47,259 nucleotides of DNA. Origin: a virus. A model generated the notes under the pieces. That model did not search any database and had not been told where the DNA came from. It saw nothing but the letters and a program-made list of their open reading frames with translations. The position numbers and the translations under genes were made by a program. Below are positions 31,076 through 39,828 of this stretch, piece after piece. Position 1 is the stretch's first letter. Each line of letters starts with the position of its first letter. Location of the stretch: positions 1 through 47,259 of the IMG/VR virus record IMGVR_UViG_3300030392_000429. One strand, 5' to 3'.

Positions 31076-31261
31076 TCAAAGCCCATCATTTTCGTCAGCA
31101 TTACGCGCCCAAATCGGCGTCTTGTTTAGCAGCTCCATCATGCGGGGGCATTCACTAATCGGACGACTGATAACGTCGTCAAAGAAAGCCGTCTGTTCTG
31201 CATTCAAGTGATAGGTGATATGGCCGCTCTCATCGACCGTTTGCGGAATTGGCATAGTCAT
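31076..31261 (-). CDS. Hypothetical protein (61 aa)
   Basis: SD AGAGGAG. Immediately upstream of TerS. Confidence 0.55.
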   Translation of the reverse strand: MTMPIPQTVDESGHITYHLNAEQTAFFDDVISRPISECPRMMELLNKTPIWARNADENDGL

Positions 31262-31284
31262 CTCCTCTGGTTTCTATTGCGTCC

Positions 31285-31328
31285 ATACTAGCACAAAAAA
31301 CCCCTCAGTACGCAGTACGCAAGAGGGG
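31285..31328 (-). promoter_or_regulatory. Terminator-promoter cassette (hairpin, T6, g, TGCTAGTAT)
   Basis: Minus strand: cccctc-16 nt loop-gagggg-tttttt-g-TGCTAGTAT. Separates the early block from the packaging genes. Confidence 0.55.
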
Positions 31329-31342
31329 CCGTGTTGGGGTGA

Positions 31343-31699
31343 TTATATCATGCCTAGCGCGAAACGAAACTCAGTGAATTCTTTTTGGCTGCCTTCACAA
31401 ATAGCAACCTTTCCATCATTGAGCTTTATCACAAATGACGCTCTCTTTTTGTTGCCGCCGCATAGCAGTCCGGCCAATGCGCCCAACGGGCCAAGCGCTA
31501 CCAGTCCTGCCGTTCCCCAGCCTAACGTACCTAGCACAGACTTGGCATTGTCCTGCGAAAGCTCTTGGAACTCCTGGATGTCGTCAAAGCTATATTTGCT
31601 TGTGGCAAACGCGCCCGTGTTTAGGGCCACAATGCGACTGCTCTTGTTAAAGACACAGTAGCCTTTTTTGTAAAAATCGCCTTCTAGTATTTTAATCAT
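31343..31699 (-). CDS. Hypothetical membrane protein with central glycine-zipper segment (118 aa)
   Basis: GTLGWGTAGLVALGPLGALAGLLCGG is flanked by soluble halves. Last gene of block D. Confidence 0.55.
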   Translation of the reverse strand: MIKILEGDFYKKGYCVFNKSSRIVALNTGAFATSKYSFDDIQEFQELSQDNAKSVLGTLGWGTAGLVALGPLGALAGLLCGGNKKRASFVIKLNDGKVAICEGSQKEFTEFRFALGMI

Positions 31700-31905
31700 T
31701 TCATCTCTCCTAAATTAGCCGATACTGGCCCCTCATTAACATTACTCATCAGCGTATACCCGCCACGTGTGAGCGCGCAATAGTTGTTCATGGTCATGGC
31801 GTAGTACGCCACCTTGGCCCCTGCCAGTGCTTCAAACGTTAACTCATCCGTCATCGTGTCGCGGGTCTTGCCGTATATTAACGTGAAGGGTCTAGGCGTG
31901 GTCAT
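31696..31905 (-). CDS. Hypothetical protein (69 aa)
   Basis: ORF with ATGA overlaps. Confidence 0.5.
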   Translation of the reverse strand: MTTPRPFTLIYGKTRDTMTDELTFEALAGAKVAYYAMTMNNYCALTRGGYTLMSNVNEGPVSANLGEMK

Positions 31906-32351
31906 TTAGTTAGCTCCTGGGCCTCTTTCTTGAGTTGAGCGACCCAATTATTCAGGGTGGTCACCACATCGCCGTGCATATCGCCGCCCAACCTGCGAAC
32001 AACTAGCTCGACCATATCCGCCTGCTTAATCAGGTCGCGGCGGGTTAAGTCCGTAGCGGGCTGCCTATTGCGTAGCATTTCTAGCCCACGCCTGCACTTT
32101 GCTGTCACGAAGTCCGGGCCTTGCTCAACCCACCGCATTACTTCATGGCACCGCTCCACATGCGCCGCCAGCGCCGCCTCGCGCTCAAGGGCGGCGTTTA
32201 GCTGCTGCTGCAATGCGTCACGCTCTGCCCGCACCCGCTCCATCTCGTTTTGTGTTGCTGCCATAGTACCTTTTTCACCTCGCAGCACCCTAGCACCTGC
32301 CGTGCTGTTTATTCCGCACTCCGGGCAATACTGCATATCTGACTTGCTCAT
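31902..32351 (-). CDS. Hypothetical protein with N-terminal zinc-ribbon-like YCPECG and coiled coil (149 aa)
   Basis: ORF coupled to its neighbours. Confidence 0.55.
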   Translation of the reverse strand: MSKSDMQYCPECGINSTAGARVLRGEKGTMAATQNEMERVRAERDALQQQLNAALEREAALAAHVERCHEVMRWVEQGPDFVTAKCRRGLEMLRNRQPATDLTRRDLIKQADMVELVVRRLGGDMHGDVVTTLNNWVAQLKKEAQELTK

Positions 32352-32692
32352 ACCTTCCCCTCCAGTTGTTTTCCAATAGCGGCGGCCGCTCGGACGATGG
32401 CGCGGCGGGTGGCTGATAGAGGGCAGCTCTCAAACTCTTCATTGGTGTTATATCCATAACGCCCAATCATGTATGTGGTATTAACCTCGCCCACCTCATA
32501 ATCAGGAATAAATCCTATACCCAGCTCGACCGCCAACCGAAACGCATCGCTATCATCTTCAATCGGGTTCCATTCGCTGCTGTCCAGCCAGAATGAATCT
32601 CTTTCCAATCCGTTATACAACTGTATGGTTACTTTTTCCGCGCCTGCCGCTCTCGCAGCCATCTCTAGCAGCTTTTGGTCTTGCGTATTCAT
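32348..32692 (-). CDS. Hypothetical protein (114 aa)
   Basis: LLEMAARAAG...WNPIEDDSDAFRLAVELGI is a pattern common in enterobacterial phage proteins of unknown function. Confidence 0.55.
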   Translation of the reverse strand: MNTQDQKLLEMAARAAGAEKVTIQLYNGLERDSFWLDSSEWNPIEDDSDAFRLAVELGIGFIPDYEVGEVNTTYMIGRYGYNTNEEFESCPLSATRRAIVRAAAAIGKQLEGKV

Positions 32693-32976
32693 ACCTCCAC
32701 CCCCAGCCGTTGCAGTTGATCAATAATGGCGGTTAATTCAGTGATAGGGTCGTTCCATCTGACATCGAGATAAACACTCTCGTAAAGCAGCGGTTCAGGC
32801 CACGTGGCAGCAGGCGCGATGTAATCCATTCTGGAATCACGCACGCAAACGGTCAATTCTTTCGTATGCGCCGCGTAATTAACAAACACGTGCATTGTGT
32901 CGCATTTAATCGCTGCGGCCTGTATGCGGTCGCATAGGGATAGTATCGAATGGTTTTGGATAGATGTTGTGGTCAT
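32689..32976 (-). CDS. Hypothetical protein (95 aa), first gene of block D
   Basis: SD GGAGGAGG. Downstream of upstream element D. Confidence 0.55.
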   Translation of the reverse strand: MTTTSIQNHSILSLCDRIQAAAIKCDTMHVFVNYAAHTKELTVCVRDSRMDYIAPAATWPEPLLYESVYLDVRWNDPITELTAIIDQLQRLGVEV

Positions 32977-33004
32977 ATGTTTACCTCCTCCGTTGTGATA
33001 CCAA

Positions 33005-33048
33005 AAGTATGCGCCCGCCGTGGCGTGGTGGCTAATGAGTAATTTCTA
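33005..33048 (-). promoter_or_regulatory. Repeated upstream element, copy D
   Basis: Minus strand: TAGAAATTACTCATTAGC-20 nt GC-rich-ATACTTTTGG. Confidence 0.45.
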
Positions 33049-33086
33049 TGGGTAATCCTAAAATTTAAGGTTTTGGCTATTTGGAT

Positions 33087-33390
33087 AAATAGCGGCTAAA
33101 TAGCGGGCTGCTTAGCAATTAAAACATCCGTTTAAAACAAGCGTATGATAGGCCTATAAGATACTGTTTTATATATATTTTTATATATTTCTTTCACTTC
33201 TTATAGACATAAAAAAACCGCACAATAGCAGGATAGCAGCTTAGTAGGGGCTGCTTTGCTATTTGCGGTAATTTTGATTTTGAAAGGGGGTGGCTGCTTA
33301 GTTGCTATCCTGCTATCCAGTTGATTTAAAAGGGTTATCAGCCTAGTAGCAGGTTAGCACGTTATTTTCGGTTTTTGTTTAAAAACAAGC
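33087..33390. repeat. Iteron/inverted-repeat cluster with AT-rich core (candidate replication origin)
   Basis: AAATAGCGG x2 (33087, 33098). ATAGCAGGATAGCAGCTTAGTAG (33225-33247) is inverted at 33294-33316 (20/23 identical). TAGCAGGTTAGCA at 33345. GTTTAAAACAAGC repeated at 33130 and 33377. AT-rich tract at 33155-33218. Confidence 0.75.
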
Positions 33391-33409
33391 ATTTAACGCC
33401 ATTCATCAA

Positions 33410-35701
33410 CTATACACCCACGCGGTAGAATTTGGCAACTACCCGGCCATTACCTGCGTGCTTGTACTCGCGTTTTTCAATGCGACCAGTGGCGACAAGA
33501 TGATCAACCGCTTGCTCTACGTCATCTCGCGCCCACTTGCGACAACGGTTAGCAATCACGCCGATGGTCTCGCCGTCTTTATCATCAACCAGCGAATAGA
33601 TGCGCGCCATCAATGCCTCCCCCTGGCTGCTGGCGTCCGTGCGCTTTTCTAACTGGTTGGAATGCGCCAGCATGATTTTCTCGTCAATGTCCTGGCGAAC
33701 AAACGCATACGCCCAACGGACGTGGCTAGGCGTGCGCACGCCTTCCGGCCCTGCTAGTATCAGCGACACCTTGGAAACCTGCTCATAGGCGCGCCGGACG
33801 ATGGCTTCAAGCCCCGTTCGACCCTTGTGCTCCTCTGCGTACTCTTCCACCCAATCGGCTACTTGCTCAAGCATATCGAGCGCCTTGGCCTCAGTGGGCA
33901 CTCGCGTCGGTTCGTTGTAGTTTTCAATGCGTCCGCTTTTACTATCAAAGCCGCCGGGGCTGTACAGGTTTTGCAGCGCAGACCGAAGTCCCATGCTCAT
34001 TGGCTGCTTTTTAAAGCCACGCTTGCGCTTCGGGTTGGTTTCCCGCTCACGCACTAACACCGCCCTGCCAATAAACCCGTTGGTGGCCTGCTCCGCCGTC
34101 ACCAGCTCGTCAAATGTCACTGGCGTAGTGAAGCCAATGAGTGATAGAAAAGGCCGCTCTAGTCCTGTGTCTATCATGTCCAGGGCACGCTCTATCTCTT
34201 TGGTACGCGCTGACATACGTCCGCACGGATCGTCGCCTTCATCAATGGCCTTTTTCGCTTGTGCATATTCGCGCAATAACAGGCCGCGCACTTCTTCTTT
34301 CATATCACCCGTTAGCAGCATGAAACCGTTGGCCTTTGAATATGCAGACATCAGAAGTCCGATAATGCCATCCAGGTAGGCAGCGCCGCCGTTCTCCTGC
34401 GCCTTGGTAATCTTGCGCAGTAGGTAGCCCAATTCGTCAATGATGTAATAGGCGCTCTGCTGGCGGACTAGGTTTCGCGTTATCTCTTGCTCAGATTTGA
34501 TAGATCCATGCACCGCTGATTGAATGCCCGCCGCTTGGTGCACTGCCGAAGTCGCCTGCAACACCGCCTCCTTCCCCGTAGCCGATGCGGAAACGCAGAA
34601 CATGAACAGGTTGGCGGTCACGCCGTCTTTATCGTCAATCATGCGCAGGCCAATGATATTACCCACCGCCACCAGCGACGCGGCTACGGCTAAACGCTCA
34701 CGCGGGAAGCGCGATTGACCGTTAATCCACTCAGTGACCTTACCCACAAAGCCGGGTGGGCGAAGTAGGTCAATGCTGTCAATGGGGAAGGGGTGGCCGT
34801 CAGGCGTAGGCGCTTCATCCTCAACCACTGGGAACGTGACCGGGCGTTGATACCCGTTGGCCTCCGCTTTGGCGATAAGCGTGCCCAGCGTTATGGGGTT
34901 GGGCGACTTGCCGAAGCTATGCCACTTCTTGTCCATGCCCCACGGGTTGTACTTTTGCGACCGTTGCGCCCACTCTTGCCACAGCGTGAAGCCATCATTG
35001 TCGCCCCCGGTGGTGTGGTGGATACCCATACCTACCGAAACATAATCATCATAGTGGGCGTCATCGTTCGGCACTGACTTGAGTATCTCGCGCAATTCGT
35101 CTAGTGACACGTCCACCGATTCGCCGGACACGCGCCCCCGGTGGTGGTCTGGCCTGCGCAATAGCGCAATCAAATCCCCTGGGGCGTCGGTTAGGTCGTC
35201 TGGGTTGCCTTTTTCGGTTTCGTACTCGGCGCCGCTGGCATGTAATGAGCTAGCGCCCACGACGAACCCACTCGATTTAAAATCCAAGCCGGGGTAGTCG
35301 TGCAAGTGCTGAACCAGTGACACGCCTGGGGGCCGTTTGAACTCAATATGCCAGCCGCCTCCCCCGGTGGCGACCACATGGCCAGATAGCGCTTTAAAAT
35401 CCAAGCTCAAATTAGCGCACAGCTTGCCGTAGGACTCAAATCCCCCGTTACGTGGGTCTACGTCAATGATTAACTGGTCGTCAATGCACACGCCAAACCC
35501 AGTGGCAAACTGGCCCGTTTCGGTCATCGCGTCAATTTGCTCTTCCGACCAGTGGGGTGAATGTTGCCAGTTCGATATGCGAGGGTGCTTCCCTTTTGCG
35601 GTACATTCTGGATCTTCGCAGCCACATGCGCCATCCGGCTTTATTTCATGTAGCGGAAAGACGCGGCGTCCTGCGTCGATGTAGTCGTGGATGTTAGCCA
35701 T
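33410..35701 (-). CDS. Primase-helicase (Prim-Pol N-terminus, PriCT-like middle, P-loop C-terminal domain)
   Basis: 763 aa. VFPLHEIKPDG...KGKHPR, IIDVDPRNGG and GGGGWHIEF are Prim-Pol motifs. YDDYVSVGMGIHH..FTLWQEW is PriCT-like. SASATGKE is a P-loop-like motif. Confidence 0.8.
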   Translation of the reverse strand: MANIHDYIDAGRRVFPLHEIKPDGACGCEDPECTAKGKHPRISNWQHSPHWSEEQIDAMTETGQFATGFGVCIDDQLIIDVDPRNGGFESYGKLCANLSLDFKALSGHVVATGGGGWHIEFKRPPGVSLVQHLHDYPGLDFKSSGFVVGASSLHASGAEYETEKGNPDDLTDAPGDLIALLRRPDHHRGRVSGESVDVSLDELREILKSVPNDDAHYDDYVSVGMGIHHTTGGDNDGFTLWQEWAQRSQKYNPWGMDKKWHSFGKSPNPITLGTLIAKAEANGYQRPVTFPVVEDEAPTPDGHPFPIDSIDLLRPPGFVGKVTEWINGQSRFPRERLAVAASLVAVGNIIGLRMIDDKDGVTANLFMFCVSASATGKEAVLQATSAVHQAAGIQSAVHGSIKSEQEITRNLVRQQSAYYIIDELGYLLRKITKAQENGGAAYLDGIIGLLMSAYSKANGFMLLTGDMKEEVRGLLLREYAQAKKAIDEGDDPCGRMSARTKEIERALDMIDTGLERPFLSLIGFTTPVTFDELVTAEQATNGFIGRAVLVRERETNPKRKRGFKKQPMSMGLRSALQNLYSPGGFDSKSGRIENYNEPTRVPTEAKALDMLEQVADWVEEYAEEHKGRTGLEAIVRRAYEQVSKVSLILAGPEGVRTPSHVRWAYAFVRQDIDEKIMLAHSNQLEKRTDASSQGEALMARIYSLVDDKDGETIGVIANRCRKWARDDVEQAVDHLVATGRIEKREYKHAGNGRVVAKFYRVGV

Positions 35702-36233
35702 TGTTCATTTTCTCCCGCATCTGCATGTTTTCTTCCACTGTTCCGCGCAATAGCCCCATACTCTCCATTTCCAACAGATGGGCATAAATCCACTCATCTT
35801 CTGTTGAGTAAACCTTGCATTCATTAACCAAAAAATCTTGCGTAATGAACCTTACATTAGTGGGTCTGCCATCCATAAACGAAAACAACTGCAAGGCATA
35901 TAACCCTTCATCCTTACCGATAATTTGCCCTTGGTTGTGGATTTTTCCATTTTTGTAAGCGTGGACGAACAGCCCATCGAATCCGCTGTTGTTCATCGGT
36001 TTTGCTCCATTCATTTTGGGCGCATCCTTTACGCCTTTGCTTTGATTGCATGACCGGCACGCGGCCACAAGGTTGGCAATATGGTGGCTGCCACCCTTTG
36101 CAACTGGTACCACATGGTCTATTTGTAGCTCTGCGTTTTTACCTTCTGCGCCACAATAAACGCATGTGTAACGGTCGCGGCGCATAACGCGCATTTTCGC
36201 CGCGTCGCTTGGGCCTTCTAGTCGTGCTGTCAT
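35694..36233 (-). CDS. HNH endonuclease with unknown C-terminal domain
   Basis: 179 aa. CVYCGAEGKNAELQIDHVVPVAKGGSHHIANLVAACRSCNQSKG is a classic HNH motif. The 3' half is visibly AT-rich. Confidence 0.8.
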   Translation of the reverse strand: MTARLEGPSDAAKMRVMRRDRYTCVYCGAEGKNAELQIDHVVPVAKGGSHHIANLVAACRSCNQSKGVKDAPKMNGAKPMNNSGFDGLFVHAYKNGKIHNQGQIIGKDEGLYALQLFSFMDGRPTNVRFITQDFLVNECKVYSTEDEWIYAHLLEMESMGLLRGTVEENMQMREKMNNG

Positions 36234-36448
36234 TCTTTAACCTCCTGAATATCGCTTTCAAGCGCATCTGAAATAATTGGTTGCGCAATGCCGAAGCGCC
36301 AGATTTTAGCTTTTTCGTCTGGCGTCAGCGAGCCATCGCGGCGAACGTACCTAAATAGCTTCATATAGCTGACTTTAGATTGCGTGGAAAGTAGTTTAAG
36401 GCTGTATCCGGCGTCTGTGAGCAGTGCAATCATCTGTTTAGTTTTCAT
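36230..36448 (-). CDS. Small putative DNA-binding protein (72 aa), first leftward gene
   Basis: SD AAGGGG. ATGA overlap with the HNH gene. HTH-like LSTQSKVSYMKLFRYVRRDG. Confidence 0.5.
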   Translation of the reverse strand: MKTKQMIALLTDAGYSLKLLSTQSKVSYMKLFRYVRRDGSLTPDEKAKIWRFGIAQPIISDALESDIQEVKE

Positions 36449-36497
36449 TGTCTAGCCCCTTAGTTGATGCCTCTATTCTGGGGCATGAAAAAAAATG

Positions 36498-36526
36498 TTG
36501 CAAGCCGTTTTTACCGTTGCTATAGT
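36498..36526 (+). promoter_or_regulatory. Near-consensus sigma70 promoter for the rightward arm
   Basis: TTGCAA, a 17-nt spacer ending in TGC, then TATAGT (TGCTATAGT). Lies 35 nt upstream of ATG 36561. Confidence 0.6.
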
Positions 36527-36560
36527 TCGTCTTGTCAACACACAACAAGGAGCACAACAC

Positions 36561-37328
36561 ATGAGCATTTTAGACCGCATTAGCAAGCCGCAATCAAAGC
36601 CCGTCATTATGACGATTTTGGGCGAGCCGGGTGTGGGCAAAACATCGTTAGCCGCTGCGTTTCCATCCCCGGTATTCATCAAAGTGGAAGATGGCACCGA
36701 AGGCATCCCGGCTTCACTGAAAGACAACATCGCGGAACTGCCAGAAGTTAAAAGCGTTGACCAGCTATGGGCAGACCTGCATGGACTTGTTAGTGAGGAA
36801 CACCACTTCAAGACCGTGGTTATTGACAGCGTGACCGCCTTAGAGCGCCTTTTTCAGCAACACATCGTAGACAGTGACCCCAAGAAGCCCAAGAGCATCA
36901 CTACGGCGATGGGCGGTTATGGCGCTGGCTTTATGGCCGTGGGTGGACTGCACCAGCGGGTACGCCGTGCAGCGACATTGCTGCAAGACAAGGGCATCCA
37001 TGTTTTGTTTTTGGCGCACGTTGAAATTGACACGCTTGACTTGCCAGATCAAGACCCGTACAGCCGCTACTCACTACGCCTCAATAAGCGCAGCATGGCC
37101 CCGTATGTCGATGACGTGAGCGGTGTGGCACTGGTGCGCCTGGAAACCTTCACGATGGGCGATGATGAAAAGCGTAAAAAAGCCGTGGGCAATGGCAACC
37201 GAATCATTACCATGCACGCCACCCCTGCCAGTATCACCAAGAACCGCTACGGCATCACTGACAACATCGACTTTGCTATCGGCACTAATCCGCTGGCACC
37301 GTATATCGATAGTTTGAAGGAGGCGTAA
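36561..37328 (+). CDS. Sak4-like RecA-fold ATPase (AAA_24 family-like)
   Basis: Walker A ILGEPGVGKTSLAAAFP, then VFIKVEDG, then Walker B VVIDSVT. SD AAGGAG. Confidence 0.8.
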   Translation: MSILDRISKPQSKPVIMTILGEPGVGKTSLAAAFPSPVFIKVEDGTEGIPASLKDNIAELPEVKSVDQLWADLHGLVSEEHHFKTVVIDSVTALERLFQQHIVDSDPKKPKSITTAMGGYGAGFMAVGGLHQRVRRAATLLQDKGIHVLFLAHVEIDTLDLPDQDPYSRYSLRLNKRSMAPYVDDVSGVALVRLETFTMGDDEKRKKAVGNGNRIITMHATPASITKNRYGITDNIDFAIGTNPLAPYIDSLKEA

Positions 37329-37609
37329 TGCAAACCCGCAACGATATGGCATGGCGTGAAGCCGCTCAGGCATACCGAAACGCAAAACACGCGCTACAAG
37401 ACGCACAGCAGGCAGAGCAAGAAGCTAAGCTCACGCTGCTAGAACTTACAGACGTTGACGCACGCGGCTCAGGCGTGGCAGTGAAGTTTATCGAACGTAA
37501 GGGCAGCGTTGACTATAAAAAGGCGCTATCCGATGTTGCGCCTGACGTTGACGTTGAGCCGTACCGTAAAAAATCCACTAGCGTAACCAGCATTACCACC
37601 GCTGAATAA
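37328..37609 (+). CDS. Hypothetical protein (93 aa)
   Basis: ORF with a TAATG overlap onto the Sak4-like gene. Confidence 0.55.
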   Translation: MQTRNDMAWREAAQAYRNAKHALQDAQQAEQEAKLTLLELTDVDARGSGVAVKFIERKGSVDYKKALSDVAPDVDVEPYRKKSTSVTSITTAE

Positions 37610-37630
37610 ACCCGAAAAGGAATCAAGATT

Positions 37631-38197
37631 ATGTCATTTTTCAAAATGTCCGACGGCACCGCACCATCCACTAACGGCACCGCTGAAATGGGCGGTGGCA
37701 ACCTGCCACCTATCCCATCGGGTACGCAGTTAAAGGCCATGATTGTGGAGGCTAAGTGGGACGATGGCGGCCAATACAATAACCGGCACATCAAGCTGCG
37801 CTGGGATGTGGTAGACGGCGAGTACAAGAAGCGCGTCGTTTTCCAAAAGGTGCAGGTGTGCGAAACCGACGCCAACAAGCGCGACAAGGCGATCCGTATG
37901 CTGGCGGCAATTGATGCTAACTGCGGCGGCAAGATCATGCAGCTCAATGCAGAGCCAACCGATATGGATTTAATGTCCAATCTCTGCAATAAGCCGATGG
38001 TGATTAAGGTTGAGGTGTGGGAGATGGAAGGCCAGGATGGTGAAACACGCTCCGGCAACTGGGTGTCCGCTGTGTCTAGCGGCAAGCCGCAAGCGCCAGC
38101 GCAACCTGTGCCACAACAACCACAGCAACAGTCCGAACCACAAGCAGAAACGAATAATCCCGATGTGTCTAAAGCGGATAACGAACTAGGGTTTTAA
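37631..38197 (+). CDS. ssDNA-binding protein, DUF669-like
   Basis: 188 aa. Pro/Gln-rich linker and an acidic C-terminal tip ending DNELGF, reminiscent of SSB tails. Sits next to Sak4 as in known Sak4-SSB modules. Confidence 0.65.
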   Translation: MSFFKMSDGTAPSTNGTAEMGGGNLPPIPSGTQLKAMIVEAKWDDGGQYNNRHIKLRWDVVDGEYKKRVVFQKVQVCETDANKRDKAIRMLAAIDANCGGKIMQLNAEPTDMDLMSNLCNKPMVIKVEVWEMEGQDGETRSGNWVSAVSSGKPQAPAQPVPQQPQQQSEPQAETNNPDVSKADNELGF

Positions 38198-38237
38198 TAA
38201 ATTGGGCCAAGGATGGCCCATCACGGGAGCCTAAAAA

Positions 38238-38804
38238 ATGATTGACCAAGAAACTCTAAAAGAGCTAATACATTATTGCCCGACTAGTGGTAAGTTCACT
38301 TGGAAGATAAGGAGCAGAAAGTGGTTTAAGACAGAGCGCTCATGTCAGTCATGGAACAACCGATACGCATGTATGCGCGCCGGATCAGTTAGAAAAAAGG
38401 CAAGTGGCTACGAGAGAGAGGCCATAGGTATATTCAACAAGCTTTACCTTTCTCACAAATTGGCATGGCTTTACATGACCGGCATTTTTCCTGATTTCGA
38501 GATTGACCATAAAAATAGAAACGCATTGGACAATAGATGGGATAATTTGCAGCAGTCAGATGGTTTTAAAAATCATCAGAATATGAGCATGTTTAAAAAC
38601 AACAAGAGCGGTGTTTGCGGAGTTTACTTTGACAAAAGAATAGGCCGATGGGTCGCGGATGTGTTTGCTAAAGGCGTTAAGCACCGACTAGGCACCTATA
38701 GCGTTGAACATTTAGATATTGCGGCAATGGATGTAATGGAGAAAAGAATATCATTGGGCTTTAACCCTAATCATGGATTGGCTAAAGCTCATTACCATAA
38801 ATAG
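38238..38804 (+). CDS. HNH homing endonuclease (HNH_3 plus AP2-like domain)
   Basis: 188 aa. LSHKLAWLYMTG...EIDHKNRNALDNRWDNLQ, then SGVCGVYFDKRIGRWVADV..KHRLGTY. AT-rich insert between the SSB and exonuclease genes. Confidence 0.8.
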   Translation: MIDQETLKELIHYCPTSGKFTWKIRSRKWFKTERSCQSWNNRYACMRAGSVRKKASGYEREAIGIFNKLYLSHKLAWLYMTGIFPDFEIDHKNRNALDNRWDNLQQSDGFKNHQNMSMFKNNKSGVCGVYFDKRIGRWVADVFAKGVKHRLGTYSVEHLDIAAMDVMEKRISLGFNPNHGLAKAHYHK

Positions 38805-38817
38805 GAAGGGGCTAAAT

Positions 38818-39828
38818 ATGGACACACTCACAATAGACAAGGCGATGGCATCGAACCAAAAGCACCGGGCAGTCAACAGTATTAGCGCTAGTATGTGGTC
38901 TGAGTGTGACAGGCGCATGTGGCTGTCACTACGCCGTGCTAGCCCGCAATGGGTTGAGCCACAAACGCAACGAACGTTTGACATCGGCCACGCGCTAGAG
39001 GAGTGCATGGTGAAGTGGCTGGAAACGTCAGGCGTCAAAATCGGGATGCGCGAAGCGGCTCTGAAAAATAGCTACGGCACCAGCCTTGGGCATATTGACG
39101 GGATTGCCGTACTGCCAGACGGTTTCCAACTTCTGGAAATGAAAACGGCCAATGACAGCCGATTCAAGGCATGGCTGAAAACAGGCGTGCCGGATAACTA
39201 CTTTGCCCAGGTACAACTCTACATGCACCATAGCGCTCAACTGAGCGCAAAAGGCAATCAGCTCACCAAAGCGCTTTTTGTCGTCATCAACAAAAACACT
39301 AGCGAGCTACACATTGAAGAGGTGCATTACGAAAAGCCCTACGCGCAACTGCAAACAGAACGCATCGAAGGGCTAATTGCCAGCGACGCTTACCCGGCAC
39401 CCACGGCATCGTATAAGTGCCGTTTCTGTCAGTACCAGAGCGTTTGCGAAGGCAAAACGTTGCCTGAAATTGATTGCCGTACCTGCGCTAACGTCAGCGT
39501 CAACGATGGAAAATTTGAATGCCCGTACAGCAGCGACGGATGCGAAACGCCATGTGATAAGCATATTATGCACCCGCAGTTGATGGAGGGCATGGGCTTC
39601 ACGATGGTCAGTGTCGATGGCAGCGTGCCATTGGTGGAATATGAGCATTTTTGCATGGCCGCCCCAGGTGCCACGCACCCGACCAAGCCCGTGTTTAACA
39701 GCTATGAGATGAAGCGCTCGCTTGATGACGGCATGTTGAATGATCCAACTTACATGGCAATCGCTAAAGCGTTCGACGCTAAACCGATTGATGTTCCGGG
39801 TGGTGATGCGGTGGAGGGGCCGTTTTGA
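38818..39828 (+). CDS. PD-(D/E)XK exonuclease, Cas4-like, with extra Cys-rich C-terminal region
   Basis: GHIDGIAVL...LLEMKTAN...QVQLYMH (D..E.K) plus CRFCQYQSVC. A second Cys cluster CRTCANV..FECPYSSDGCETPCDKH follows. ATG 38818 with SD GGAAGGGG. Confidence 0.75.
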   Translation: MDTLTIDKAMASNQKHRAVNSISASMWSECDRRMWLSLRRASPQWVEPQTQRTFDIGHALEECMVKWLETSGVKIGMREAALKNSYGTSLGHIDGIAVLPDGFQLLEMKTANDSRFKAWLKTGVPDNYFAQVQLYMHHSAQLSAKGNQLTKALFVVINKNTSELHIEEVHYEKPYAQLQTERIEGLIASDAYPAPTASYKCRFCQYQSVCEGKTLPEIDCRTCANVSVNDGKFECPYSSDGCETPCDKHIMHPQLMEGMGFTMVSVDGSVPLVEYEHFCMAAPGATHPTKPVFNSYEMKRSLDDGMLNDPTYMAIAKAFDAKPIDVPGGDAVEGPF

